Shown here one piece after another: positions 50,191 through 63,420 of a stretch of DNA of 64,000 nucleotides; positions within the stretch are counted from its first letter, which is position 1, and every line of letters begins with the position of its first letter. The notes under the pieces were generated by a model. That model saw only the letters and a program-made list of their open reading frames with translations, had not been told where the DNA came from and ran no database searches. The stretch spans positions 12,462,001 to 12,526,000 of the forward strand of contig JAQFVV010000004.1 in NCBI GenBank assembly GCA_028023455.1. Reading direction: 5' to 3'. The position numbers were made by a program, and so were the translations under genes. The DNA is from Epiperipatus broadwayi. Lineage: Eukaryota; Animalia; Onychophora.

Positions 50191-52018
50191 TGGCTGAATA
50201 TTACTGTTATTAGCAAATTTTTCTTCCCTCCATGACACATAGATATACTTGTGTGTATAATTAACATAGTAGACACAGTTATTGATTTATTTATCTAGAA
50301 ATCTAAGATAATGTAGATAACTATAACTTATAATAAGGTCTTTCTAACTTCAGTAAACAGTTTCAAAGATCTTCTAAACTATCTGCAAGTTAGTTTAGCA
50401 AAAATCAAATTATCTTGGTGCACAGCTCTTTGGATATTAAAGTTTTTGATAAATTCAAGTAACTTTATCAATAGTACCTTATATGTACATGTCATAAATA
50501 TTGTAGGTCAATATATGCATATATATATATGTCAATGTTTTCTATTGATAAATAAGTTCAGTAAGATTTTATATCAGAATTCTAAGATCAAAGAGATAAT
50601 GAATGCCTATCAATAGTACTAAATATCATTATTGGCTACTTAATTGTGGATCATATTTTTAGCACTTTATCTTAAAACAAAACGTTACACTACTTGTGTA
50701 TTATCAAAGTAAAATCACAAATTAATAAACTATATAATATAATGTTGGAATAGTTAATGAGACATTATGTACATATAATAATATATATAAGTAGAATTAG
50801 GAAATACAGTTTTGAATATCTTCCTTCATTAATCTCCATAGTATAAATTCTCCAAACCGTATCATATCCAATATTGTCAAGATCATCATCATAAAGTAGT
50901 AAACTCAAATATTCTCAACAATATAAATAGCGTTTTTCTGGGTTAAAATCTTAGATTCGTAGTTGCCTAGAACCAGCAGCAAAGCTATAAAAGTAATCTA
51001 GAAATGTAAGATTCAAACTGGGAATGCAAAAAAAAAACACTGATGAATTGTGAAGATTTGATTTTTTAAATCTATAGTGGCGTTCTTACTAGAAAAGCTA
51101 TTTTTGTTTTATTTACATAATGAAAAAAAAACATTTACTTCAACATATATATTGTATATATTCTAATAAAATTTTATTTCTAAAACGTTTTCACTCTTTC
51201 GTTAAATTCCGTATTTTGAACAATTTCTTTTTTTATCATAGTCAGTGAATTATTCAAATTTTATTATTTTATTCCTTTCCTAAATTCTAAACTTTCATCT
51301 CAATAATTTTTAAGAGTTTTATTTTATTGCTATTTATATAAAACTTCCTCTTTTTATTTTTTTCGCAGACAAATTCAAAATCGGTTGAGTTACTAAACAG
51401 TAGTTTACTTTTATTTTTAACAGCTACTATTTTTGTTTCATTCAGTAAAGAAAATTGATTTCCTTTTCAACATTTTTATTGAATATAAAACGATAAATAA
51501 ATGATAGAAACTTCATTCAATACTTTAAATTAAAAAATAATTGAAAGAAAATCTTTATTACGAAAAAGATATTGAATACTTAACTTTATATATATTTATA
51601 AGATATTCACAATGTAATTATGTCCATGTACATATATTCTTCTCGCGCGCACACATATATAAGATTTATGAAGTAATAAATCAGTAGGACATAAAAATAA
51701 TAATAATATATATTTACATAATTAAAAAAAGGATAATTAATCGAAAATACTTAGCAGTTCATTTATGTTTTAAATTAAAAGTAATTAAAACAATGCATAT
51801 TTAATAATCAATAACGTAAAATCTAAAATTAACTTTTAATTATGAAGTTGAATATAAATTGAAAAAACATAAAAATATCATTTTATAACTCAATTATTAA
51901 TAACTTTTATTTTTTTATTACAAAAACAGCTGTGTTTTATACAGCCTCAATAATTTTTCAAAAGATATTAAAAGTAGTTAATATACATCTTCAGAAAATA
52001 ACAATTTATATATATACA

Positions 52019-52144
52019 CACTCATACGTAGTTCCCCTCCCCCCATATGTCAAAACGTTGATGGGGAAGCGAACCCGGGCCAGCTGCTTGGAAGGCAGCT
52101 ACGCTAACCACAAGACCACCAACGCTTGACCACTCATACGTAGT
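52019..52144 (-). pseudogene. Retroposed tRNA-Gly(TCC) pseudogene with 14-bp TSD and G-rich tail
   Basis: Body 52054-52125 with anticodon loop CTTCCAA and a broken T-stem. Trailer TTTGACATAT then GGGGGGGAGGGGA. TSD cactcatacgtagt at 52019-52032 and 52131-52144. Confidence 0.9.
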
Positions 52145-52879
52145 GAAAAATTAATTTCACCATATTCTCATATTCTATCCTTATATATATATATGCATTA
52201 GCAAATCTCATTCTAGAATTTTATATACAGTATATTATTTGTAATCATATACTAAAATTCTATATTATAAATTATATTTTAATAGAGTTCATTTGGATTT
52301 GGGGTAACTTTAATTACTTAAAAAAACATATATATCTTTTAATATAGATGATAATATAAAAGGACTGATAACAATCGTTTTGGTCTTCCCTGTGAATGGA
52401 AATTTAACAAATATGAAGTATCTCGCGATTAAGTATTTTTTCATCTATTAATTATAATTAATATCTTTTCCTGAAATATAAACTGAGTTCTGTTTTATTT
52501 TCTCTAATTAGTTTTAGAAAAAAGAATGTCTCCATATATATTCCCTTGTATTCTCTTTGTATTGTTCATGCTTCTTCAAGTTTCGTTATTAATCTTTGTT
52601 ACAAAATCATGATACTTGATAATAATCATGCCAATAGTTAAACATCATTTTAAATTTTAGGGTGGAACAATTAAGGATTCCTTTATACCGTATTGAAAGG
52701 TATGAATATTGCAACAAAACAGGCTGATCTATGATGATAACAATATCCCTGAGATGCAAAAACACTTAATATGTGTCCAAAAAAAATCCAAAGATATTTT
52801 CCACTTCTATAATTTTGTTAGATTAAAGCCACTAGGGTATTCACTTTAAGATGTTTTATATCAGAAATGAATATGTTTG

Positions 52880-53095
52880 GGGGTAAGTGAGTGAGATAAT
52901 CTGGAATTTGTGAATAACAAACCATTGAAAAAACTTGATATCATCAAAATGGATAACTTGAACATTGACATCTTAGAAATTAGTGAAATATATAGACTGG
53001 ACTGGAAGATTTTAAATCATTATGCATGCAAAAGACAACAAAAGTAAAAGTGATTTTCATTATCAAGAAAGGTATTGTAAAATACATATAGGCAT
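52880..53095 (+). pseudogene. RTE-type LINE endonuclease N-terminal remnant
   Basis: IWNL...KKLDIIKMDNLNIDILEISE...WTG.F pattern. Confidence 0.55.
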
Positions 53096-53100
53096 AATAA

Positions 53101-53490
53101 TATTATATAATGAGCTTGCAAATAACTCTTAACAAACTTTTCAGAATATCCCCAACCTCAGACTGGTATCTGCTACTGGCTTCCTCTGTGGGGTACTAGG
53201 ATATTCAAACATTATATTTAAAATACCAGACTGGATTGAAAGACATATAAATGTCTGAAAATTTCAGATTTTCTACTTAATAGTTATCCATTAGATAAAG
53301 TGCTGAGCTTGGCCTGGTATTTTAAATCTAATGCTTGAATATACTAGCACCTCACTGAGGAAGCCAGTAGCAGAAATCAGTCTGAGGTTAGGGATATTCT
53401 CAAAAGCTTGTTAAGAGCTATTTGTAAGTTCATTATAAAACATTTGTAATATAAGCTTATTAAATTAGGTCATGTGACACATGACTTGAT
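53101..53490 (+). mobile_element. Family C hammerhead fold-back, second copy
   Basis: Arms at 53101-53232 and 53312-53440. Sense HHR at 53350-53387 (cctca CTGAGGA a-gc(cagta)gc-a GAAA tcag TC tgagg). Tail aagcttattaaattaggtcatgtgacacatgac. Confidence 0.88.
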
Positions 53491-53796
53491 TCTTTGTAAT
53501 TGTAGATAATAATATATATGATGGATTAATATCAGTTCAATTTTATAGATATTCATTCAACTTTACTATAATACAACTCTATGCCCCCCCCTCCCAATAA
53601 CTAAAAAAAAAAAAATAAGTAAAAAAAATTATGATCAAGTACAAGCAAAGTTTGACAAAATTTGCTTGCAAGATAAATATTTAGTGATTATTAACTGGAA
53701 CATCACAGTTAACAATATATATATAATATTTTTTTGTTAAATATGATTTTATTTAATTTAAGAGCTAAAGCACACAAAAAATTTTTTTTTGGTACC

Positions 53797-54115
53797 ACAA
53801 TCTTGAAAAAATGGCAAAACTCTCTATACGTATTGCCACTCAGTGCAAGCCAGAGTAATCAATGGATGCCCGAAGGCTTGTGCATAAAATCTCCATCTAG
53901 TGCCTATTCATCCAATATCCCCAGACTAGTTTCTGGCTTATGGCCTTCATGAGTGAGGAGCCTTGGATCTGAGAGTACAAGCCTTCTAGCATCCATTGAT
54001 TACTCTGTCTTGCACTGAGTGGCAATACATATAGAGAGTTTTGTCTGTTTTAATAACAGTTAAGAGCAAGCATAAGAAATAGTGATCACGTAATGTTTAT
54101 TGACTATAATTTTGA
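53797..54115 (+). mobile_element. Family B fold-back with a degenerate 10-bp TSD
   Basis: Antisense arm 53807-53975 (HHR core mutated to CTCATGA), sense arm 53976-54105. acaatcttga / ataattttga (8/10) flank it. Confidence 0.88.
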
Positions 54116-54757
54116 TCATATATATAAATAAAAGTGTGGCATATCCATAAATTAATTAATTCAATAAATATAGTTTGTGAACAAACCAAATACTCTCTTA
54201 CTGCTTAAATTAAATAATTTATGGATGTCCAGTGCACTTATTTAAAATTACCTACAATAATCAAAATTGTGGTCCAAGAAAGGATTACTTTTTGATTTTT
54301 AGCACATTAGAATTCAAATTAAATAAAAGCATTAATATATATATATTACTGTTTGGATATTCTATTCCAAAGTACACATGTAGAAAATTTTGTGAAAATC
54401 TATTTGGTAGAAACAGATGTAAAATCTGTTACAAGATTTAGCTCAAACAAACAATTGAAAAGTTAAATAATACGTGTACTTATAAACATCTAAAATAAGT
54501 TATAAGATTTTTTTGTTTTTATAAAAGCAATTTAATAGAATAACTTTTATATAAGCAATCAAAAGAAATTAAGTTATCATCTTTTATTTCTTTTTTTTTT
54601 TTTTCTATTTTTTTAATCAACTATAAATTATAGCACTTCAATTTTTCAAAATCATTTTTTCTTATAAAGAAGAACACAATTCATATTTAAATTTTTTTAA
54701 AAAATAAAAATCTAAAAATTGCTGCTATATTTCTAGTAGCTTAAAGTACCCCCCCCC

Positions 54758-54899
54758 CTGCAATATTTAATTTTTTTTTTCTCATATATCATAGCATCGG
54801 CCGGGACGCGAACCCACAACCGTCTGCAACCAACTACTTGCTTGCATGGCAGCTGCGATACCTCTCGGCTAACAACGCAAGACTGCAATATTTAATTTT
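54758..54899 (-). mobile_element. tRNA-like SINE, near-identical to 36565-36651, with poly(A) and a 13-17-bp TSD
   Basis: Body 54792-54878; TSD ctgcaatatttaatttt at 54758-54774 and 54883-54899. Confidence 0.92.
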
Positions 54900-55463
54900 A
54901 CATCTGAAATATTGCATTGTCATCCATATTGAACAAGTGAGTAAAATTTGAAAAAAAAAAAACAACTGTTCAGTAGAATTAGATTAAAAATTGATTACAA
55001 GAATTTGTTTTTATAAGGCAATAGTGAATTTTGCATAAACAAACCAATAGAAAATAATTTCTACTTTCTTTTTATTTCTATTTTAATTAATTGTAAATGT
55101 CTTTAAAACTTCTTCCTCAAATTAAATGAAAACTTTTGCTTAAAAATATATAGCATCATCTTTCATATCTCAAAACTTATGGTACTGATTTGATTGCAGT
55201 TTGAAATGTGGCCTGCCAATATTATTACACTGGAAAATCATAAAATATTTGTGTTATGATATAATGTTATCATTGAAACTGAATGCTTGTACAAAATTTG
55301 AAAAAAATCCATTCAATAGAAGTATCTTAAAAATTAGTTACAAGCAATGGCCCAAACAACAGAAGTCTTAAATAAAAGTATATAAAAATGAACAGAAAAA
55401 AATTATATTAGTAAATAAAGGCTTAAAATCAAAAATAAAGTAAAAGAGTGACTAAGATCTATG

Positions 55464-56208
55464 AATTTAACAAGTAAAACAGGCAAAACTCACTGTATGT
55501 ATTGCCACACACAGCAAGCTAGAGTAATCAATGGTTTCCAGAAGACTTGTGCATAAAATCCCCATCTAATACCTACTCATCCAATATCCCCAGACTAGTT
55601 TCTGGCTTGTGGCCTTCATCAGTGAGGAGCCTTCTATTGATTACTCTAGCTTGCTGTGTGTGGCAATACGTATAGTGAGTTTTGCCTGTTTTGACAACAG
55701 TTATACACAAGCATATGAAGTGGTGGTCATGTGATGTTTATTGGCTTAAAACCCATCCTGCCTAATAGAATAATGGTAGCTATGGTTATTAAAGAAGCAA
55801 AGACACCAAAATGTATGGGTGCTGAACTGAGTTCAGACCCATATGAGTCATATAATCTAATGGGCTTGGATTGAAAACATTAAGGTGTTTTCAGTTTAAG
55901 ACTCATAGTTTTGTAGTTAAGTGGAGATAAAAGGAGGCTGCTGGAGGGTTGCATTAGATCCTAAGATCTAGGTGCAGTGCTCTCAGATCCAAGGTTCCTC
56001 ACTGATGAAGGCCACAAGCCAGAAACTAGTCTGGGGATATTGGATGAGTAGGCACTAGATGTAAATTTTATGCACAAGCCTTCTGGCATCCATTGATTAC
56101 TCTAGCTTGCTATGTGTGGCAAAATGTATAGTGAGTTTTGCATGACAACTGTTATACATAAGCATATGAAGTGGTTGTCATGGGATGTTTATTGGTTTAA
56201 TTTAACAA
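55464..56208 (+). mobile_element. Composite family B insertion: antisense arm plus ~1.25 tandem sense units, 10-bp TSD
   Basis: TSD aatttaacaa at 55464-55473 and 56199-56208. Antisense arm 55474-55633 has an intact HHR. Sense 3' ends fall at 55747 and 56198, a 451-bp period. Confidence 0.9.
55987..56045 (+). ncRNA. Type I hammerhead ribozyme, family B (best-preserved sense copy)
   Basis: atccaa-ggt-tcctca CTGATGA a-ggc(cacaa)gcc-a GAAA c(ta)g TC tgggga-ta-ttggat. Confidence 0.88.
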
Positions 56209-58140
56209 ATACTGATTATAAATATAGATATCACTGGATAAACCATATAGAACTCAAACTTAATATGTCAATGATATTCAGCAATGACCAAGAATAAATT
56301 GAAAAACAAATTATTAATTATCTAATACTCTAGATATCACACACAAAACATATCTATTGTTTTAAGTATAACATCAGAAATCAATCTGAATTTTTAAGAT
56401 GTAATGGATTAAAAAAAGATAGACAATGAAAGAATGAAATGAAATCTAATAAAAATTTAAATAAATTGAAAAAATCATGAAAAATTAAAATGGATGTCAG
56501 AAGGTATAATAGTAATTCCAAAAAAAAAGGCAATATTAAAAAATACATAAAGATCTTTAAAGAGAACAAAATAAAAAATTCAGACCTCCTATGAAAGATA
56601 AAAATACTTATTACAACAATATTTGCAAAAAAAAAAAAAAATAGTGAAAAAGAAAACAAGTCTGGAAAATCAAATTATCTTTCAAGTATTTGGAAATTTA
56701 AAAAAAGCTTTAGCCATGAATAAATTAATTGATAAAGTTAATGGATAGATAATATGCCAAAATATAAATCCAAATGAAGATAAAAAGCATATACAGAAAA
56801 AAAATACAAACACAGACAAGTTTGAGGCTATATATATAAAAACATACTCTACATAGACAAATATTCAATAATGGAAGATAAGAATCACACTGGCCTTCAG
56901 ATCATTTCCAAAAAGTAAAAGATTAGTATATAATCTGGGAGTTATTACTGACAATGGGATGTATTTGAAAAGATTAAATAAAGTGTGATTTTTTTCTAAA
57001 CACATTTAACAATTAATATTAGCTGATGAAAATAATCCAACCTATAATTAAAATACAATCATTATAAACTGTCAGACAATGAATAATAAAATGAATAAAT
57101 ACTTGATTAGATTATACCCGAGTTCTCACTGGATTATTTCACAGATAATATATAGCAATCTAGTTCATTAAATAAACTGTAAAACATAACAAACTTATTA
57201 AAGGGGGGAAAGGGATCACTTGTAGTAACAAATGTTTCATTAGGGAGACTTGATATAGCAACAAATAATTTTTTGTCATGGGATCACCAGTAGTCGATGT
57301 CAATTTGAAGGCATCGAATAATAATTGTTTATTTAACTTGGAAGATTTTCATGTACTATTTTGTTCAATTTACCCATATTTTTAAGTGAATGGGAATAAA
57401 AATATAATATATAACATGACTGTTCACTACATGCTTAAAGGGAAATGCTTTCAATAAAAATTTTATTTCATATTATATATTTCCAATATTATTTTCCAAT
57501 TTTAAGTTATATAATCATGTAAAAAACAACAGTGAGATATTGAATATGAATCCAGCTAATTATTAGCCAATCAATAAAATATTATCTATAATTTATCAAC
57601 GAAATTCTGGGATTCATAATTATTTATTTTTCAATAAAATCAATAAAACTACAATATTATGACAAAATTAAATGTAATTTAATATATGTAAACATCAGAT
57701 TCCACAAAATTAAAACAAATCCCACCATTAAATTATTATAATTTTGTATTATTTATTTAATAAATAAAATAAAACCAAGAACGAAATTTAATAATTAGAA
57801 AGAGTTTTTCCCTACTGCAATGTACAAAAAAAAACGAGTACAATATATGCAGCAAAATACACAAAATAAAAATAATTTAATATGAAACTTTGATCATATC
57901 TCTAAAACTAAAGACTAATATGTTAATTGTAGAAAATATTGTATTATCAACACATAGCTTACATATTTAGAATATTTTTATCTGCCATCATATTGATATT
58001 ATATCATAATCTATTGAAGAGCTTTATGGAAAAGAAATCGGTTACAAATTGCCTACATTTTTAAATTTAACTTTTAAGTTGAAAGTCTTTACAAAAGTTA
58101 TTTTAGTGCTCATGATTTAAGTTGAAATAAAATATATTTG

Positions 58141-58243
58141 TCAAGCCTTGTTAGCCGAGAGGTCAGTGCAGCTACCTTGCAAGCAAGCAGTTGGTGCAGA
58201 CGGTTGTTGCAGGTTCGCCTCCTGGCCAATGCTATGATATATG
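58141..58243 (+). mobile_element. Older copy of the tRNA-like SINE
   Basis: Body 58145-58234 aligns with 36565-36651. Leader gtcaa, trailer tatgatatatg, possible TSD aaatatat. Confidence 0.8.
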
Positions 58244-59194
58244 GAAATATATGTATATTTTTAATTGAAATTTTCTTAAATAGTTGAAAATTTAATGTTT
58301 ATGAGAAAATAAGTCTTTCATACAAACTATGATAAATTACATTTTTAATTTATAAAACAATAATATATGTCAACACCATATATTTTATGACCTAAAATTT
58401 TCATTATAAACACTTATTTTGTCAAAAAATTTCAGTTGACATTATTAGCTTTTAATTTGGAATATAATTGCAATCACTTCAGTCATAATTGCATCAAACA
58501 GTTTAATTCATTTGTTACAATCTATTCACTAGCTATTGCTCCATATCTCATTTAATTTTGGATATTCTGTTGTATATAATTATTTTTACTGTTATTGTTT
58601 TGTATGTTAGTAAGTTTTCTATGCTGAGTGTATAGACTCCTTATACAAGATTCTACAAATTTATTAATGTATGTAAATTTTGTAGTTATTATGTATGTCT
58701 CTTTGCACAAGTTTCATTTTGTATTATTGTGGTTGTCATCATTATTCTTACATAAATTAATGAGATGCAGTATGCATTTTTTGAAAATAATCTACACTAA
58801 GGACAATAGTTGAAAACATGTCTAATTTTAAAATAAATACCAATTGAAATGAATGAAAAAATATTTAATGTTGAGATAAATTTAAAAATATCCATTCATA
58901 AAATAAATATAAAATAAAATACATGAAGCAATATTAATAAATGTAAGATAAATAGCAATAAAAGGAAGATTAATAAACTCTAAAATTAATTACAGCATCC
59001 TGACATACTTATTTGTGATTATTAATGTTTAAATTTCAATGGAAAAGTAAAAATCTTTGTTGATGTTTGTAAGTCCAACACAGATATATATATATATATA
59101 AATAAAGTTTGATATCTGTATTCGTTTCACAATATATGTAATATACAAATCAATATATATATCAAAATACAGTACAATTTATATAAATTATATT

Positions 59195-60150
59195 CTTTTA
59201 GAAGTACTTTCGACTATATACACTTTGTAGTCTTTATCAACTATATAACGTTGAATAATCAAAACGAGACAACCCTTAACAATACCCATAGTTCAATTCA
59301 GATTTCCCACAATTCTGTTATCTTAACATTTGATGACTGGTGATTCATTAACATTTGACGATTTCTTGAAATCAACATAGCCTCTTTTATTTTACGTTTA
59401 TTATGACAACGTTCAATTTGAATAATTTTCATATTTTTATAATCAAATTTAAATCCATATTGACAAGATTTATTATGATCAAATATAACAGATGATGAAG
59501 GTTTATTTACATCTGTTCCATATTGATTCTCTTTTTGAATTCTATTATATAAAAGCATATGTTCTTTTATTCTCTTCTCAAATGTACACTTAGATTCACC
59601 AATGTATTGTACTACCGCATCCACATATCAATCTATATATAATAGAATTTTGATTAAACTTTGAATTTTGAATTTTAGAATTATTAAGCAATCTATTTAT
59701 GTTATTTGTAGAGAAAAAAGCAATATGACACAAACCATTATAAATTTTCCTAATAAACTTGATCTGCTCATCTGATATAAATGGCATTGAAATCCATTTC
59801 ATTTTGATATTTTTATTTTTAATTTTATTATAGTGTTGATTTCTTTTAAATCCTTTAATAATATTAGCAATAGCATTTTTATAATAGCCAATTTTTAACA
59901 AGTCATTAACAAATAAATGTACATTTTTAATTTTATCACTAGAATATTTGCATAATTTTTCATTTCGAAATAAGAATGATTTCAATCCAGACAGCTTATG
60001 ACACATAGGTACATGTGATTCATATAGAATAAAACCTCTAGTTTCAACTAGTTTAATTAACATAAGATAATCCAAACTGTAATCATTAAGAGTAACTTGA
60101 ATATCCAAGAATTTTATGGAATTGTATTTCTCTTTAGTTATAACCCATTT
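59195..60150 (-). mobile_element. Penelope-like element remnant PLE6 (thumb + GIY-YIG + HHR), 5'-truncated
   Basis: ORFs 59596-60108 (WISMPFIS...IIYRLICGCG) and 59298-59624 (YIGESKCTFEKRIKEH...KRKIKEAMLI) joined by one frameshift. Confidence 0.92.
59199..59243 (-). ncRNA. Minimal type I hammerhead (U3-A8 variant) of PLE6
   Basis: tag TTGATAA a-gacta(caaagtgtata)tagtc GAAA g(ta)c T T cta: 5-bp stem II, palindromic aagtactt stem III, 3-bp stem I. Confidence 0.65.
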
Positions 60151-60199
60151 TATGGAATTAGTATGATAAGGGATTTAATATCATTCTTAACTACATCTA

Positions 60200-62250
60200 A
60201 CTAATACCAATACTAATAAAATAATGTACCCTGACCGTTATAATAATAATATTAATCTTTAATCTATAATTTAATCTCATATCTTTTCTACTTGTAATAG
60301 TATTCATGTATATCACATAATAATAATAACGTAATATAATATTCTATTATCCATATGGCATCTTAAACAAACATATACGGTATGATATTATAATCGGAGA
60401 ATATGTGGCAATCATTACTAATATAATTCAGTGTAAATATTCTGTGGTTATTCTATGACCAACATAATGGTATAATACATGAAACTTCTTAAATAAAATC
60501 ATATCCATAAAACATTATAACTCTTAAATAATAACTTTATTTATGCTGTGCAAATACTACGTTTTAATTATAATTATCTGTAATTGTGTAATTGTGATGT
60601 GGAGAAATTGAGTCAACACCAAGACTTATAAAACAAGTTTACAATTTTATTAACATACTTAACAATAAAATTATTTACATTATTTACAATCTTAAGGAAT
60701 TCTGTTTATTCACATTTATGTACTTTTCCAACACAAATTAAATGAACTAAAATATAGGCTACAGAACATTCTTCTTAAAAAAATATATCTCTTATTTTGA
60801 AAAAAATATTATTATAGGATCTTTATTGCATCTATTATATTTTATCAAGTCAATATGTTATAAAAATATAAGATAATTATCTCAATATGGACTTATTCTT
60901 GTTATTTAATCTTTTAGAAAAAATAATTTTATTATTTCATATAGTCATTTCTCACTAAATAATGATATGAATGACCTTGATTCATAGCATACAATTAAAC
61001 TAAACTGCTTACTAATCATTACTTTAGATTTCAAATATAATGTATGTATTAGTGTATTATCATAAAATCACTTTCACAAAAACTTATGATTACTTATATT
61101 CATTAAACACAATTTAGTTTGGTCCCTTTACTTGTAAAGAAAAATATGCATTATAAGTATGTCTTTGAAAAATATTTAATAATTAAATAATATCTTTATA
61201 AACCCCCTTTTTAATTATCAATTATTCATTTTTATAAAAAAAAAAATAAAATCATTTTTAAATATGAAAAGTTTTATGATTCTTTCACTGATAAAATCAT
61301 GTTCTTATAATCTTTACATTTATTTTACTCTAAATAACATAACTTATCTTATCCACTTCAATAACAATTTTGTATTTCCAAACTTTTTCATTATTTCGTA
61401 TTTTAAATACCACCCGTTACGATGTAATCCAAGAAAATTTTAATAATAAATAAACAAGTAGGTATATGGAATAAACTATAACTTAACTTAATAACACCTT
61501 TATCAACTAATCATCATGGTCACAGTGTATAAGAAATGCGGTATGACTTATTTGTCTAATAACCTATACTACTAAGTATAATGTCCAGGCTATTTATTCA
61601 GCATTATGGCACATTAAACTTTAACACACAGAAAACAAACACTGCCATGAATATATACAAGCTATAGGGCTATGTTATCTATACTTGCATATTCATCACT
61701 ATAGTCTACTTTTATTCCCATATAAATAAACCCTACATAAAATATTATCTTGGTCTCATTTAACCTAATACTAAGATATTATCATTAAAGATCTATCACT
61801 TTACATCGCTAAATTCATTCCCACATTTCTATAACAATAAATAAATTCATGTTTAAATAACAATCTAACTGACTAATAAGACAAGATTATTTCATCCTTT
61901 GGTAACTCTTAAACTCAAGTATAAATAATCAGCATCAATGTCATATTTTAATACTTTAATCACTTAAAATAAACATTAAGCTCAGTTATAATAGAATCAT
62001 ATACTTATATTTCCCTTATGTTTAAATATCCTTATAATATCAATAAAAGTATGCATATTCTTTTAAATGACTAAACAAATGATAAACTATGTGTAGGTAT
62101 CATGTTTTATATACGTCCCCATACATCCACACAAAATAATAAAATACATTATAACATCATCAATATTTTCACATTATTACCATAAGTAATCTCTGCTGGC
62201 AATTACTTAGTAGATGGCTTCTGGATCACAAACTAAATAAAACATTTTAA
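60200..62250 (+). pseudogene. Very old LINE-like remnant
   Basis: Only scattered motifs (IIIGEY, KYYLGLILT...KFI..F) and strand asymmetry. Confidence 0.3.
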
Positions 62251-62449
62251 TTATCATTTATTCCACATTATCACACTTTTTAAATATATTAAGTTTTTTT
62301 AAAAATTATTAAAGAGGTTTTTTTTTTACAATAACAATTTAATCAATAGGTTAGTAAATAATTTAATGTTCTATGTTCCTACTCTATCTCTATACTGTGA
62401 ATAAGCATTAATTTTAACTTTTTTAGTAAAAGAAATAATTTAAAATTAT

Positions 62450-63420
62450 ATTTACAACAATTCCATTAAAACTTCTTAAGATGAAATGTTCTTTTTTTTC
62501 TCGATAAAAAGTTCACTAAAGGAAGTGTCTTTTTCTCCTGGTACAACATTATTAATCACACTTTTGATGCCAAAAACTATGCATGCTTTGATATTTCCAT
62601 GTTGCAACACAAAAAATTCAAGATGATGGTTCCCAAGCTAAATACAGTAAGTTTACTTTTTACTTCACAATATACGGATTGATGTAATTAATTATTACTC
62701 TATCTCCACAATTTTAAATAAATTCATGAATTCCATTGCAATGTAAATATAGTATTAAAAATACTTTTGATATTTTTCGCTAAAACAATTTCCAAATTCT
62801 TGTAACTTTTATCCATATTTCCTGATGTTCTATGTCCTCTGATACAACAAATAAAATTCCCAGCATTAGCTTTTATTACGTGGTTTAAAATATTTTCCAT
62901 AAATAATTTTCAGAAAACCTTTTGTATGTCCAGCATAAACTAATTATCTTTTTAAAAAAATTTTCAAAGATGATATAAATCATATTGCTAATAATCTTAA
63001 CTTTATATCTTTTTTAAAAAAAAATACCAGTTTTAAAACTGATTTTCAGAATTTCTTCAGAAAGAAATATCTTAGCATCTTAAAATAATTGTTTTTGTTA
63101 CATTAAAAGTTTTTTTTTAAAAGAAAACTTTACTATTTTATTTTAACTAAGCTTTTTGAATAAAAGCTTTTCATATTCTTCTATTCTCAATTTCTATTGA
63201 ACTTTCTGAAAACTCTGTCAAGTTCCTTTTATGAAATTCAATTGTAAACTAACATGACTGATTAACATAGGCAAAATTATGTGCCTAGTATGAAAATAAT
63301 ACTTGAAAACTCCCATCAATAAATTTGCATTCAGTGATGACTTCTCCATGTTTAAGATAATGTTAAATTAGATGAAATAGATTAGCAAATAAGGAATTAC
63401 TTATTTTTAGCCTCACATCT
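62450..63420 (-). pseudogene. Possible hAT-type transposase remnant
   Basis: Weak motifs only (IRGHRTSGN; YIAMEF....LITSIRI; GNIKAC). Confidence 0.25.

Noticed and set aside
56300-57000. Lys-rich decayed coding-like stretch as a LINE C-terminus
   Set aside because: No diagnostic motif could be recovered.
16691-58234. Calling the five tRNA-like sequences functional tRNA genes
   Set aside because: They have stem mismatches, TSDs, homopolymer tails and empty paralogous sites, which indicate retroposed copies.
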